A DNA stretch of 64,000 bases from Aureliella sp. (GCA_963691875.1 OY829846.1:1440001-1504000); one strand, 5' to 3'; positions 40,120 through 51,092 are shown, counted from the first letter of the stretch. Notes: generated by a model from the letters alone, not told the origin. Made by a program: numbers and translations.

Positions 40120-40710
40120 ATGAAAATGAAGCGAGTGGATTGCTTTGAGGTCCGAGTTGTTCCCGCCGAGTCTTCACCCGAAAACCCTGAGATGCAGCAA
40201 TGCTTGCAATTGCGAGGGTGCGAGGGGAAATCCAGGTTCGCCAAAGCCAGACGCTTACCAAATTGGCATCAAGCTCGTAGGCACGTCCATCGCCTCTTTC
40301 AGCGAAATCCGTATTTGGATGCGTCGGAAGTAGTAATCGTTGACGTCGCGACGGCTAGCGTGCTTGTTCGTTTCTCTAAAGTGAATCTCGAGAGCCAGCG
40401 GAATGGTTATTCGATAGGGAAAAGAAATTCGAGTGCGATAGCACGTCAGACCGCGAAGTCTTGGGACAGCCTAGCGTTTATGAAGAGTGGTGAGAGCCGA
40501 TTCTTCGAGAACAGGAATTTAGTCGACTTCCAATGGCATTGGGTGGATGGAATGAGCGGCGAGCAACCGTTCCGTAGGTCTCGCCTGGAACGTGCTGCCG
40601 ATCAGAATTCTATTTGTGCCTTCGCACTTCAAGTTGGTAGTTCCATTGCCTATTCGCTTTCCGCACTGACGCGTTTGCTGCCCGCTCTTGTCCGAAGTTC
40701 CAACTACTAG
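40120..40710 (+). CDS. Hypothetical protein
   Basis: Open frame with GGGGAG immediately before ATG 40120; fills the gap upstream of the TrmH gene; no family recognised. Confidence 0.35.
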   Translation: MKMKRVDCFEVRVVPAESSPENPEMQQCLQLRGCEGKSRFAKARRLPNWHQARRHVHRLFQRNPYLDASEVVIVDVATASVLVRFSKVNLESQRNGYSIGKRNSSAIARQTAKSWDSLAFMKSGESRFFENRNLVDFQWHWVDGMSGEQPFRRSRLERAADQNSICAFALQVGSSIAYSLSALTRLLPALVRSSNY

Positions 40711-40752
40711 TAGTTTCATACGTCTTGGAAACTCTTCCTCCGTTTGGGTTAG

Positions 40753-41574
40753 GTGCGCGTGCCAATTGTTGAATTGAGCGACCCTCTGGATCGACGATTG
40801 GATCCGTATCGTGATATACGATCACGCAACTGGACAGAGCAAAGCGGCTATTTTATCGCCGAAGGCCCGATAGTCGTCGAAGAATTGCTTCGCAGCGATT
40901 TCGATTGTCAAAGCATGCTGATCGGAGCAAAGCATTTGGGTCGGTTCTCGACTTGGTCGGAGCTATCGGACGCTCCAATTTTCTGTTTGCCCGATTCAGA
41001 GCTCCAGCGGCTGGTCGGTTTCAAATTCCACCGAGGGATTTTGGCATGTGGCAGCCGACGACCACTCCGAAGACTTGGCGATTCCGGTGCAGAGTTAGAC
41101 TTTCCCGCCCAAGCTACCCTGGTCGGACTGGAGGGAGTGCAGGATCCTGAAAACCTTGGAGGGATTCTTCGAACCTGCGCGGCACTCGGGATTCATGCAG
41201 TTCTTGTAGGACCAGGCTGTGCAGATCCATTCTCTCGACGTGCCTTGCGTGTAGCGATGGGGGCAAGTCTGCAATTGGATATGTTCCGCGCCGAGAGTTT
41301 CGCAGAGGTACTTCCAGACCTATGGCGGCAGCATGAGATCGTCTCTTTCGCAACTGCTTTTTCGCCGGGCTCTCAACCACTCGCGCAGGCCGAGCGACGC
41401 CCAAGAACCATGGTTTTGCTTGGAAACGAAAAGCTTGGGCTATCGGATAGCACAATAAAAAAAGTCGACCACCAAGTCTGCATTCCGATGCAACTTGGAG
41501 TCGACTCGATGAACGTAAACGTAGTTGCTGGAATTGTCCTGCACTACTTTTGCGAACTTGCTCCTGAAGTCTAA
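40753..41574 (+). CDS. TrmH/SpoU family RNA methyltransferase
   Basis: FIAEG, LEGVQDPENLGGILRT, LLGNEKLGLS and IPMQLGVDSMNV. Confidence 0.92.
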   Translation: MRVPIVELSDPLDRRLDPYRDIRSRNWTEQSGYFIAEGPIVVEELLRSDFDCQSMLIGAKHLGRFSTWSELSDAPIFCLPDSELQRLVGFKFHRGILACGSRRPLRRLGDSGAELDFPAQATLVGLEGVQDPENLGGILRTCAALGIHAVLVGPGCADPFSRRALRVAMGASLQLDMFRAESFAEVLPDLWRQHEIVSFATAFSPGSQPLAQAERRPRTMVLLGNEKLGLSDSTIKKVDHQVCIPMQLGVDSMNVNVVAGIVLHYFCELAPEV

Positions 41575-41576
41575 AC

Positions 41577-42044
41577 CTATTCGGATGTCAGCGTGAAGTT
41601 GACGTCCTTGTTTTCACCAGCAATAAGATCGGCAGTTAGCTCAGAGTTCTGGTTGTACTTGGCAGGAACGGTTTCCTTAAACTGAGCAGCGTCTTTGTAG
41701 TTATCGCCTTGCGCGAGCGCTTCGTAACCATCGGAACCCGAGCCGCTGTTTTCGTCATAGGGAGCATTGTCTTCGTCGACTGCTGTATCTGGAGTGTCGG
41801 CCGTTTGTTGGCTGGAAATAGAAACTTTGTAGCTACCTGGGCTAGCGACAAGTGAATAGCTACCAGACGAATCGGTCGTTGCAGCGTTTGGTGTACCTCC
41901 CGACTTGGGAACAAAGGCAACTACTAGCCCCGCTGCCGGGGATCCGTCCATTGTTACTGTTCCAGTTACCTGTGACGTAGGGTCACCACATCCAGCTGTT
42001 GCTGAGACGAGTGCGACTAAGGCTAAGAAAGCCACTCTGCTCAT
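41577..42044 (-). CDS. Lipoprotein with carboxypeptidase-regulatory-like domain (typical DUF1559 partner)
   Basis: Lipobox TAGC, VTGTVTMDGSP, TTDSSGSY..PGSYKVSIS and VPAKYNQNSELT. Confidence 0.85.
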   Translation of the reverse strand: MSRVAFLALVALVSATAGCGDPTSQVTGTVTMDGSPAAGLVVAFVPKSGGTPNAATTDSSGSYSLVASPGSYKVSISSQQTADTPDTAVDEDNAPYDENSGSGSDGYEALAQGDNYKDAAQFKETVPAKYNQNSELTADLIAGENKDVNFTLTSE

Positions 42045-42162
42045 TTTGTTTCTCCTGAAAAAAGGAAAAGATGCATGGGATTGAAAGATTGAAACTCTGT
42101 CAGTCAGTGTAACTCCGCAATTCGGAAAGATTTTCAAATTTGAAAACGCTACCCCAAAAGTG

Positions 42163-42193
42163 AAAAAGGCGAGTGACACGAGCCACCCGCCTT
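42163..42193 (-). terminator. Hairpin with U-tract between the DUF1559 gene and its lipoprotein
   Basis: Minus strand AAAGGCGGGTGGC-TCGT-GTCACTCGCCTTT-TT. Confidence 0.55.
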
Positions 42194-42226
42194 TATTTTG
42201 CAATGCTTCAAGCTCTTCGTAAAGAA

Positions 42227-43324
42227 CTAGTTGGCAGTGATATCCGCGTTGGGTTCGCCACCATCCTTACTGCCTAGCGCACCCCAGACACCATAGTCAG
42301 ATGGGCCGGACGGGTTTGCAACACTGTTGGCAGTGATGTCGCCAGTGTCGATGTTCTCTGAAACGAAGTGGACCGATGCATCACACATCGCCACATTCAC
42401 ACCACCTGTGTGATAGCTGGAAGGCGGTGACATATCTTCGTTACCGTCTACGCCACCCCAATGACAGCTAGGACCGTTTGGACGAATCATAGTCGCGAAT
42501 CCACAGAAGTACGGACGACCGTCCCAAGCACGACCACCAGTCGGACGGAAGTTCGCACGAACTTGTCCTGTCAAGCGGTTGTCAGGACCAACACGAGCGT
42601 AGCAAGCAGCGGGATTCCAGGCACGCACGTTGAGTGCAACACCACCCTTGAGATCACGAACTCCTCCACCAGCAACCCGCTCACTCATCATCAAAGTGTT
42701 TGAGGTCCCATCTACGATGGCTCCCATTGGCAACCAGCGGTTTATTTGAAAAGCACCTCGATTGTCACGTCCCGACTGCTCAGGCCGGAAGTGATTTTGA
42801 TGATAATCGTCACCAACGCAAACCTTGTAGTTTAGGATCGAAGGGCTCTCGTTTCGGTTCTGAATTGGTGGGTCAGATGGACAAATAAATGCTGGGATGT
42901 CCACCTTCCAGTTCTGGTTAGCCCAAGCTATACGCTCAGGGTCGTTTCCGTAGTGACCGTTATTGTAAGCCCAAGGGTTAGGAAGACCAGGACCAGCAGG
43001 CTTCGCTCTGGCACTCATTGCATTTGCAAGTGGGTTTTGCTCAATGTAGGGCAATAGTGCGATGGTGAACGCATAACGCCGCCAATTCCAACGTCCTAGC
43101 CCAGGGTTATTTGTGTACCCCAACGCTGTAAAGCGACGGTTTGCAGATTCATAATTATGCTCTGCCAATGATAGCTGCTTCAGGTTGTTTGAGCACTGCA
43201 TACGACGTGCAGCCTCTCTAGCGGCCTGAACCGCTGGGAGCAAAAGCCCCACCAGAATGCCGATAATGGCAATGACAACCAGTAGCTCTACAAGCGTAAA
43301 GCCCTGCCGTACATTCTTTTTCAT
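42227..43324 (-). CDS. DUF1559 prepilin-type N-terminal cleavage/methylation protein
   Basis: QGFTLVELLVVIAIIGILVGLLLPAVQAAREAARRMQCSNNLKQ, FICPSD, DGTSNT and SYHTGGVNVAMCDASV (H-X9-DG variant). Confidence 0.95.
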   Translation of the reverse strand: MKKNVRQGFTLVELLVVIAIIGILVGLLLPAVQAAREAARRMQCSNNLKQLSLAEHNYESANRRFTALGYTNNPGLGRWNWRRYAFTIALLPYIEQNPLANAMSARAKPAGPGLPNPWAYNNGHYGNDPERIAWANQNWKVDIPAFICPSDPPIQNRNESPSILNYKVCVGDDYHQNHFRPEQSGRDNRGAFQINRWLPMGAIVDGTSNTLMMSERVAGGGVRDLKGGVALNVRAWNPAACYARVGPDNRLTGQVRANFRPTGGRAWDGRPYFCGFATMIRPNGPSCHWGGVDGNEDMSPPSSYHTGGVNVAMCDASVHFVSENIDTGDITANSVANPSGPSDYGVWGALGSKDGGEPNADITAN

Positions 43325-43741
43325 TAGTCACTCCTCAATGAAAAGAAAATGAAACCGATTTCAGGATTGAAAACGTACTCGTTGATAAGAACCTCATTCT
43401 AATACTAAGTAGCTGTTTAAACAACAGAATTGAGAATTTGATGGGTACTTATGAGCCGTTGTGGTTTACCTCACGGAAAGATATCGACCTTTACTGTCCC
43501 ATTGGGGGAATTGTAAAGAAGCGGAGGAGGGGAAACCTGTCAGCAGTTAGCCCCCTGCCGCAGCTGGACTCGCCAGTTTTTCACTGATTACGCCTAGAGC
43601 AGAGCCGAATGTAAATAGGCGATTCCGATCGGTTCCTGCAGCAAATTCTGATTGTTCGTCCGTTTGCAGTACTCAGCTCGACGCGTCAATTTTTACGGCG
43701 TCGTATGTTAGCTAAATCCGCTTTTCGTCCTAGCTATCGTC

Positions 43742-44434
43742 CTAGGAGCGTTCTTCGGGTCCTGGCGGGAGCGGTTTCTCCAGAGAACGCGCCCCCAATA
43801 AAAGCGTGCTGCCACCCACCAACACGAAACTGCCAATCAAGAACACCAGGCGGTTCTCATTGGTTACGGGGAATCCTGCGTCGTGTCCTTCAAGTGGAGT
43901 AACAAGGCCCAATAAGATGCAATAAACGAATACGGCGAGGCAACTGCCAACTACTGCACCAACAATGCAGTCGACAGCATTCTTCAGGTTTCCGGCCGCG
44001 ATAACTGAGATTGCCACTGCCCCAGCGATAGGTAAATACATAAGGCCCCATTTCTGAGCCCAATAAGTAGTAGTGGGTTCAAACCTCACCGCATGATCAA
44101 ACCAAAAGCCTAAATTGGCCGTAGCCCATCCAGCCCCCGCACCAGCAAGCACCCCGACGACAATGCCCAAGAATCGAAGTGGCAAGTTGCGAGCTCCTGC
44201 ACTACACAAAGCTGTACAGGCCGCCAAAGCAGCGCCCCAGGCAGCAAACACAATGGCGTCGCTACGTAGAGCCGATTGATTCAACTCCGCGGATTGCTCT
44301 TCGGTCACCTCCAGGGATGTACGAGCTGCCTCGGAGGCAAATTTGTCCATCTTGTAACTCGCTACAACCGTGTACCACAAAGTGGGGACGGCAATCGCAG
44401 CACAAACGGCGAACGCGATGAGGCTTTTGATCAT
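43742..44434 (-). CDS. Hypothetical multi-pass membrane protein
   Basis: About six hydrophobic Gly/Ala-rich segments; directly downstream of the CRTAC1 cluster. Confidence 0.65.
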   Translation of the reverse strand: MIKSLIAFAVCAAIAVPTLWYTVVASYKMDKFASEAARTSLEVTEEQSAELNQSALRSDAIVFAAWGAALAACTALCSAGARNLPLRFLGIVVGVLAGAGAGWATANLGFWFDHAVRFEPTTTYWAQKWGLMYLPIAGAVAISVIAAGNLKNAVDCIVGAVVGSCLAVFVYCILLGLVTPLEGHDAGFPVTNENRLVFLIGSFVLVGGSTLLLGARSLEKPLPPGPEERS

Positions 44435-44545
44435 GGAATTCTCGGCAACTTGATAATCTGAATTTCTGCACATAGTAGCAGAAGAAAAGGCGCTCGAAAG
44501 CATACAGCAGATGGATCTGGCGCAGTCAGTCCTAGGCGGGAAACA

Positions 44546-46198
44546 TCAGTCCTGCACGATCTCGGTTCGTTCGCCAACCTTGACAATGACCTCCTGAGTC
44601 GCGCCGTCCGGCCATCGTACTCGGACTTTTACTTCCTCCTTGGAATCCAGTCCTAAACCAAAATGCAGCACGTTTCCAAAGTGACTTTGATACCCTCTAC
44701 CGCTCATCGCATCAGCGCTCTGAGTAACTTTCCCATCGACAACCACTCGAGCCCCAATCGCCTGCGTGTTCATTCCCTTGCCGCGCAACTTGAGCTGGAT
44801 CCATTTGTTGTCTGATTCCAAGTCATTCCTAAGTATGTTGGGGGCAGTATTCGAGTTCACAACAACCACGTCAATATCGCCGTCATTGTCAAAATCTTCG
44901 AAAGCAGAGCCACGGCTCGATTCGACAAGTTGTATCCCAGCACCGGCTTCTTTCGATACATCGGAGAAAAGGCCATCTTGGTTTTCGAGTATGTAATTCC
45001 GCACTTTCATTGCGGTACGATCATCGATATCTTCGATGCGATCGAAATGTCCGCAAGCGATGAAAATGTCCTTGTCGCTGTCGTTGTCGAAATCGACAAA
45101 GCCGGTTCCCCAGTTCACGTGTGGGAACAACTCGCGTGTAATCCGAACAACCGACGTCGCATCTTCAAATAGGCCATCACCAAGGTTGCGGTAGAGCACA
45201 GGCATTTCGGCTTGGTAATTCGTCACGATAAGATCCAGCAATCCGTCTTGGTTGAAGTCGGCACAGTCCACGCCCATGCTCGAGTTCGCCTTGCCTTCCG
45301 CGTCACAAGCAGCGCCATTCAGCAACCCCAGTTCTTCAAAATTTCCCTTTCCATCATTCAGGAATAAAAAGTTCGGCTGACCATCATTACACACGTAGAT
45401 ATCCGTGTCTTGGTCGTTGTCCAGGTCTGCGCAAACGAGCCCCATCCCGGGACCTGCGACCGCCCCGATGCCCGATTCTTCGCTGACGTCAACGAACGTA
45501 CCGTCTCCTTCATTGCGATAAAGAGCATCGGGGACAGGCTTGTAGTACTGCGGCCCGGCTTGAAAACGCTTGCCTTTGATCACAATTGGGACGTGGTTGT
45601 CGTACGTAAAGTCGACGTAGTTCGCGACATAAAGGTCCAAGTCGCCATCACCATCGATATCGAGAAAGCCTACCCCTGCACCAACTTGGTTACCATTGCC
45701 GACGCGAGCCTCTTCGGTAACATTCGTGAAGGTCTTGTCACCATTGTTTCGGTACAAAACGTTTGGTCCAAAGTTGTTGATATAGATGTCCAGGTCTCCA
45801 TCGCCGTCATAGTCAGCCACCGAAACGCCCAGACCGTACCCAGCGTCGCCCACGCCGGCAGCCTTGGTTACATCTTCAAAGGTCCCGTCACCATTGTTTC
45901 GATAGAGTCTGTTAGTCGGCCCGTTTTCCGCAACAGTGCCCTTCAGCGGAGAACCATTGAGAAAGTAAATATCATGGTATCCATCGCCGTCGTAATCGAA
46001 GGTAGCGAGACCAGTGGACATCCCTTCAACGATGTATCCCTGATCGCTGCCACCATGGGTGTGGACGAAGTCGATTCCTGCATCCGCCGTTACTTCTGTC
46101 ATCCGGATTGCAGTTTGCGATTGGAGTTCCGAGCAAAAAAAGCAACTCAACATGCAATAGGCTGCGAAAGCAGCCGATCTACTTCGATCGAAATACAT
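44546..46198 (-). CDS. CRTAC1-family protein (FG-GAP/VCBS repeats + ASPIC/UnbV)
   Basis: Repeated DxDxDGxxDLYV and LYRNNGDGTFxDVT; SSRGSAFEDFDNDGDIDVV; GRGYQSHFGNVLHFGLG. Confidence 0.92.
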   Translation of the reverse strand: MYFDRSRSAAFAAYCMLSCFFCSELQSQTAIRMTEVTADAGIDFVHTHGGSDQGYIVEGMSTGLATFDYDGDGYHDIYFLNGSPLKGTVAENGPTNRLYRNNGDGTFEDVTKAAGVGDAGYGLGVSVADYDGDGDLDIYINNFGPNVLYRNNGDKTFTNVTEEARVGNGNQVGAGVGFLDIDGDGDLDLYVANYVDFTYDNHVPIVIKGKRFQAGPQYYKPVPDALYRNEGDGTFVDVSEESGIGAVAGPGMGLVCADLDNDQDTDIYVCNDGQPNFLFLNDGKGNFEELGLLNGAACDAEGKANSSMGVDCADFNQDGLLDLIVTNYQAEMPVLYRNLGDGLFEDATSVVRITRELFPHVNWGTGFVDFDNDSDKDIFIACGHFDRIEDIDDRTAMKVRNYILENQDGLFSDVSKEAGAGIQLVESSRGSAFEDFDNDGDIDVVVVNSNTAPNILRNDLESDNKWIQLKLRGKGMNTQAIGARVVVDGKVTQSADAMSGRGYQSHFGNVLHFGLGLDSKEEVKVRVRWPDGATQEVIVKVGERTEIVQD

Positions 46199-46250
46199 AT
46201 TTAATTCTCTGTAGAAATCATCCGACTGTCTTTGAGCAGGCTAGAAGAGC

Positions 46251-47660
46251 TTAGAACTTCGCTGCCTCGGATTCAGCTTTTTGTGCTTGCACCTCTCGCC
46301 CCATCGCGCGAAAAGTTTTGGCAAGTAACAGGAATCCTTGCTTACTGGGCTGAAGTTTCAAAGCGTGGTTTACGTACCAAATCGCTTTCTCGGGTTGGTT
46401 CTGTTCGAGCAAAAAGTCAGTCATGGCTGCGTAGCCGGTTACCATTTGAGGGGCGAGAGAGATGGCAAGTTTGATCGATCCCTCTGCTGCCTTCACGTTT
46501 CCTGCCGCGATCTCGGTCTTGGCTAGCAAGAGATAGCCTAGGAGATTTGTTGGATCTAGTTCAACAATGCGTTCTCGAACCACTTTCTCATCAACGGTTC
46601 TTTTTTGCTTGCCATACAGTCGAGCTAACTCAGTAAGCGAAGCTAGATTATCGGGCTGCAGAGCAAGTGTACGAAGCAAGAGTTGCTCCATATCCTGTTC
46701 GCCTCCTGCCGCCTCGTAAAGCAATGCGGATTCGCTGAGCACCGAAACCGCGACGTTACGAGCCTCTGCTTCGGAGAGAACTTGATAGCGTTCCTGCGGA
46801 TCCAATTTCTTTTCGGTGAAACTCGAATATACCTTCTGGAATTTCTTCGCATCCTCGCGATTTCCATTCCGCATGCAAGCGTTAAAAAGGGCGAAGTAGC
46901 CCGACTTAGTGCGGGCCCCCAAATCGACTGCTTTTCGCAAGTTTGTTTCCGCCGACTTGGGGTCACCCAGTTTGAGTTGAGCTTGCCCGAGAATCATCAG
47001 CAACGATGCAGAGCCAGGTTGCTGCTTGAGTGCCGTTTCGATCATCGGGAGTGCTTCTTCAGCTCTTCCTTCGTTCGTCAAAGAAAGACCAAGATGGTGA
47101 CTGATATCGACGGAATCTAATCCTAACTTCCTAGCTTCCTGCAGAGTCTCGATTGCCGCCGCGTTGTCTCCTCTGTCCATCGCGATGGCCGCTAGGTTGA
47201 CGTAGTATTGCTCCACTTGTGGATCCAATTTCGCGCATTCTTGCCACAGTTTTTCTGCCTTCTCTGTTTGATGCAGCTGTGCGTACAACATTGCATTGAC
47301 GTGCATTGCCATAGGCTCGTTCGGAATCAGCTCTAGCAGTTGAGTCGCGACAAAAGTGGCTTCCGCTTCTAGCTCATCCTTGGTGGCAGGGATCTGCTTC
47401 TTGACCAATTTGATGGTTGATTCTGATGGACGCGTAACAGCAACTTCAGGCTTTGCTTCCACAGGCGTCGGCGCGGTACTCACAGACGCTCGCGGATTCG
47501 GGCTTGGCTCTTCCTGAGCAGAAGCTTGGGGGGAATCTTCGTCGCTAGGCAGCGGCTCGGGAGTGGGCCGCACAATGGAAACGATCGCCAGAGCAACTGC
47601 CACGACGCTCAACACGAGAGCAAATACACCAACCCGGTTTGTATCCGGAGAACTATTCAT
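46251..47660 (-). CDS. Membrane-anchored TPR protein
   Basis: N-terminal TM helix, Pro-rich linker and multiple TPRs (YYVNLAAIAMDRGD, HHLGLSL, ILGQAQLKLGD). Confidence 0.85.
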   Translation of the reverse strand: MNSSPDTNRVGVFALVLSVVAVALAIVSIVRPTPEPLPSDEDSPQASAQEEPSPNPRASVSTAPTPVEAKPEVAVTRPSESTIKLVKKQIPATKDELEAEATFVATQLLELIPNEPMAMHVNAMLYAQLHQTEKAEKLWQECAKLDPQVEQYYVNLAAIAMDRGDNAAAIETLQEARKLGLDSVDISHHLGLSLTNEGRAEEALPMIETALKQQPGSASLLMILGQAQLKLGDPKSAETNLRKAVDLGARTKSGYFALFNACMRNGNREDAKKFQKVYSSFTEKKLDPQERYQVLSEAEARNVAVSVLSESALLYEAAGGEQDMEQLLLRTLALQPDNLASLTELARLYGKQKRTVDEKVVRERIVELDPTNLLGYLLLAKTEIAAGNVKAAEGSIKLAISLAPQMVTGYAAMTDFLLEQNQPEKAIWYVNHALKLQPSKQGFLLLAKTFRAMGREVQAQKAESEAAKF

Positions 47661-49365
47661 TGGACGCTTCTTCTCTCAAGATATGCACTTGATCTAAGTC
47701 CGAAATGACATGCGTAGAGTTTACACCGGAGGGCCAATTGACACTCACTTGTACCGGACTTTCAGATTTCCCCAACCCAAAATGAAGCCGTGAGCCATAG
47801 TGGGACTGGTAGCCTCGGCCTAGGTGTACGGCAGCTGTTTGTTGAACATCTAGATTTTCTGGGCGTTTGAGCGTGACGGTTGCTCCGGCAGCGTCTCGAT
47901 TCGAATTGTTTCCAATCAGACGCAGCATGATCCAGTGATTCTCAGTCGCAATGCTGTCCTTGACTAAACTTCGCATTACAGTGGGATGATCTTGAGCGTT
48001 CATCACGATGATGTCTACATCCCCATCGTTGTCTAAGTCTGAAAAAGCAGCGGCACGCGAACTAGCTCGAGTCGAAAGCACACCTGCTTCGTCACCTTCA
48101 ATTTTTGCAAAACGCATAGCGCCTTGGTTATGAAGTAGGTAGTTCTCGATTTTGACCTGCGTCGTATCTCGGACGGCTACGATATTGTCCATGAAATGCC
48201 CACATGCGACGAAGATATCAGTGAGCGAGTCGTTGTCAAAGTCAACTAGCCCAACCCCCCAGTGTACGTGAGCAAAGAGTTTTCGATCGATTCGAGCGCG
48301 ATTGGTGTCGTCGGCGAATGCCCCGCCACCAAAATTCAAATACAGAATCGGCATTTCATCCTGATAAGTCGTCGTGAAGCAATCTAGCAATCCATCGCCG
48401 TCGAGGTCGCGCAACTCGATTCCCATATTGCCGTTTGCCTTGCCGTTCCCGTCCAAAGCCATTCCGGACAAAATGGCTTGTTCCGTAAAGTCCCCCGTGC
48501 CATCGTTGAGCAACACAAAATTAGGCTTCGTATCGTTTGCCACAAGGATGTCGCAGTCACCGTCCAAATCGATGTCAGCTGCGATCACCCCCATTCCAGT
48601 GCCTGCCACAGCTGAGACGCCGGAGCTCTCCGATACGTCTGTAAATTTTCCCTCGCCGTCGTTTCGATACAAACGATCCGGTTGCGGTGGGTAATCCAAA
48701 GGTCCCGGGTGGAATTGGTATTTTCCAATGAACCTCTTCATGTGATCTTCGAAAGTGAACTGCTGGTAGTTGGCGGCATAGAGATCCAGATCGCCGTCTC
48801 CTTCCATGTCGAACATTACCACGCCTGCGCCAAATTCACGTCCGCCGTCAACGCCAGCCCATTCCGATGCTTCCGAAAAAGTCCCGTCGCCGTGGTTTAT
48901 GTAGAGTCGATTGGGTCCAAAATTTGAAACATAAACATCCACATCCCCGTCATTATCGACGTCGCCACAGACAACTCCCAATCCGTAACCCGCGTCGTCC
49001 AACCCCGATTCCTGCGAAACATCCGTGAAAGTGAAGTTGCCGTTGTTGCGATAGAGGACATTCCGAGGTGAATCATCGGTTACAGGTTCAAACCACTCTG
49101 TGCCCTCTTCGGGCAAAGTTCGACCGTTGAGAAAGTAGATGTCCTCGAAACCATCCCCGTCGAAATCGAAAATCGCCATTCCCGATCCAAACGGTTCGAC
49201 GACGTAATACTGCCCCTTGCTACCAGTTGTGTGCTGGAACTGAATGCCAGAACTTGTGCTGGCATCTGAGAACCATTCTTGGCTGACTGCAGAAGCATTG
49301 AGGCCCAGCTTCAGAGCCACAACAATCATACTGACGCATAGTCTTGTCGAAAGCTTGCTCGTCAT
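47653..49365 (-). CDS. CRTAC1-family protein (FG-GAP + ASPIC/UnbV)
   Basis: Repeats DFDGDGFEDIYF, DVDNDGDVDVYV and DLDNDGDVDII; GRGYQSHYGSRLHFGLG; signal peptide present. Confidence 0.92.
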   Translation of the reverse strand: MTSKLSTRLCVSMIVVALKLGLNASAVSQEWFSDASTSSGIQFQHTTGSKGQYYVVEPFGSGMAIFDFDGDGFEDIYFLNGRTLPEEGTEWFEPVTDDSPRNVLYRNNGNFTFTDVSQESGLDDAGYGLGVVCGDVDNDGDVDVYVSNFGPNRLYINHGDGTFSEASEWAGVDGGREFGAGVVMFDMEGDGDLDLYAANYQQFTFEDHMKRFIGKYQFHPGPLDYPPQPDRLYRNDGEGKFTDVSESSGVSAVAGTGMGVIAADIDLDGDCDILVANDTKPNFVLLNDGTGDFTEQAILSGMALDGNGKANGNMGIELRDLDGDGLLDCFTTTYQDEMPILYLNFGGGAFADDTNRARIDRKLFAHVHWGVGLVDFDNDSLTDIFVACGHFMDNIVAVRDTTQVKIENYLLHNQGAMRFAKIEGDEAGVLSTRASSRAAAFSDLDNDGDVDIIVMNAQDHPTVMRSLVKDSIATENHWIMLRLIGNNSNRDAAGATVTLKRPENLDVQQTAAVHLGRGYQSHYGSRLHFGLGKSESPVQVSVNWPSGVNSTHVISDLDQVHILREEASNE

Positions 49366-51092
49366 GGCTGGACCACCGTCAAGATTTGGTCGGCGGCAAT
49401 ATCATCGATTACCTGCTCGCTGCCGTCGGGCCAAATGATAGTGCAGCGCGTGATGCTCTCTGCCTTGCCTAGCCCAAAATGAAGTCGAGATCCAAAATGT
49501 CCCTGGTACCCACGCCCAGATCGCTTTTCCGCTCTTTGTTGACCAGATTCGGTCTCGACAGAAACGCTCGCTCCCACCGCATCACGGTTGGAGGAATTCC
49601 CCACTAGATCGAGCTGAAGCCAATGGTTTTGTCCATCGAGGGTGTTTTCCAAGAACTGAGAAGATTGCGAGCAGTTGAGGACTGCGATGTCGATGTCTCC
49701 GTCGTGGTCAAAGTCTTCGAAAACTGCTGATCGACTACTCTGTGCGGTGTCCAGCGCTTTACCCACTAGTACGCTGATTGAGCGAAACCGGAGATCTCCC
49801 ATGTTCTCCAGCACGGTATTGGGTGCATCGAATGCGGTAAGCGATGTCAACTCCGACGCATTTTTGAGAAAATGCCCGTTGCAAATGAACGCGTCCTTAT
49901 CCGTATCGCAATCTAGATCGACCAAACCGACCGACCAGTTTACGTGTGGCCGCAGTTCGATGCCTGCACGACTTCGCCTCGTAGAGTCGAGGAATAGCCC
50001 TGCGGCATTCTGAAATAGCATCGGAAATTGCTCGGTGTAATCTGTAACAAACAGATCGATCGACAAGTCATGATCCAGATCGCCAGCGTCAACTCCCATG
50101 CTGCCATTGGGAAGTCCCAGCACATCTACAGCAACGCCGACTAGCAAAGCAGCTTCAAGGAAGTTGCCATTCCCTTCATTTTGATAGTAGCGATTCGGCG
50201 CGCCATCGCAGGCTACAAAAATGTCTGTGTCACCGTCGTCATCAAAATCTGCTGCCACCGCACCCATGCTGGGGCCGCTTGTTTCGCGGATACCGCTCGA
50301 TTCACTTTGATCGCGAAACCGTCCGTTTCCATCGTTGATAAAAAGGCTGTCACTGGTTGGCGGAAAGTCTTTCGGACCTGGTGGAAAAGGCACCGCCGCC
50401 GGCAGCAATTTGGCATGGCGTTCAAAGTCAAAGTCAACATAGTTCGCAACGAAAAGATCTAAGTCGCCGTCAGAATCTGCATCGAGGAACACCACTCCAG
50501 CGCCAAACTTCTCTCCGTCGCCAACTCCGGCATGCTCCGTAACATCGACAAAACTGCCGTCGCCGTTGTTACGCAACAAGCAATTCATCCCAAAGTTACT
50601 GATGTAAATATCAGCAAATCCATCGCCGTCGTAGTCTGCAATGGAGACTCCCAGCGAAAACTGGTTGCGTAGGGAAGGTAGTGCCTTATCGGTTGTAACG
50701 AACTGCAGATCCCCAAGATTTCGGAAGAGTCGGTTTGCCGTGCCCTCCGCAGCTTCTCCCTCGGCAATGGGCAGCTTACATCCATTCAGCGCAAGGACGT
50801 CAGTCATTCCATCACAATCGAAGTCGAGTGATGCCATGCCAGCACTCATGAATTGCACCAAGTACTTGTTTCCATCGTCGCCGTCAAAGTGCCGAAACTC
50901 TAGGCCACTCTGCTTCGTACGGTCCACGAGTTGAAATCCAGGTGCTTGCGCCTGTAACGACCGTGCGAACGCAAATAGTGACAAAAAGCAACAAAAGAAA
51001 TGAAACGTACGTAGACTGAATCTCTGCTGCAGCGCACATGCGGCACTCGCCTGTCCACCCGGCTCATTAGACGATTGGTTGCTCAGACTCAT
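49362..51092 (-). CDS. CRTAC1-family protein (FG-GAP + ASPIC/UnbV)
   Basis: DYDGDGFADIYI, DADSDGDLDLFV and DFDHDGDIDIAV; GRGYQGHFGSRLHFGLG. Confidence 0.92.
   Translation of the reverse strand: MSLSNQSSNEPGGQASAACALQQRFSLRTFHFFCCFLSLFAFARSLQAQAPGFQLVDRTKQSGLEFRHFDGDDGNKYLVQFMSAGMASLDFDCDGMTDVLALNGCKLPIAEGEAAEGTANRLFRNLGDLQFVTTDKALPSLRNQFSLGVSIADYDGDGFADIYISNFGMNCLLRNNGDGSFVDVTEHAGVGDGEKFGAGVVFLDADSDGDLDLFVANYVDFDFERHAKLLPAAVPFPPGPKDFPPTSDSLFINDGNGRFRDQSESSGIRETSGPSMGAVAADFDDDGDTDIFVACDGAPNRYYQNEGNGNFLEAALLVGVAVDVLGLPNGSMGVDAGDLDHDLSIDLFVTDYTEQFPMLFQNAAGLFLDSTRRSRAGIELRPHVNWSVGLVDLDCDTDKDAFICNGHFLKNASELTSLTAFDAPNTVLENMGDLRFRSISVLVGKALDTAQSSRSAVFEDFDHDGDIDIAVLNCSQSSQFLENTLDGQNHWLQLDLVGNSSNRDAVGASVSVETESGQQRAEKRSGRGYQGHFGSRLHFGLGKAESITRCTIIWPDGSEQVIDDIAADQILTVVQP

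Noticed and set aside
39845..40261. 139-aa N-terminal extension of the 1001-aa ORF
   Set aside because: It is not protein-like; a clear signal/anchor begins at MKKTSTR (39844).
44546..51092. Repeated GTCGCCGTC/CCATCGCCGTC-like motifs as a possible CRISPR or tandem array
   Set aside because: They encode the DxDxDG protein repeats of the CRTAC1 genes, are irregularly spaced and are non-identical.
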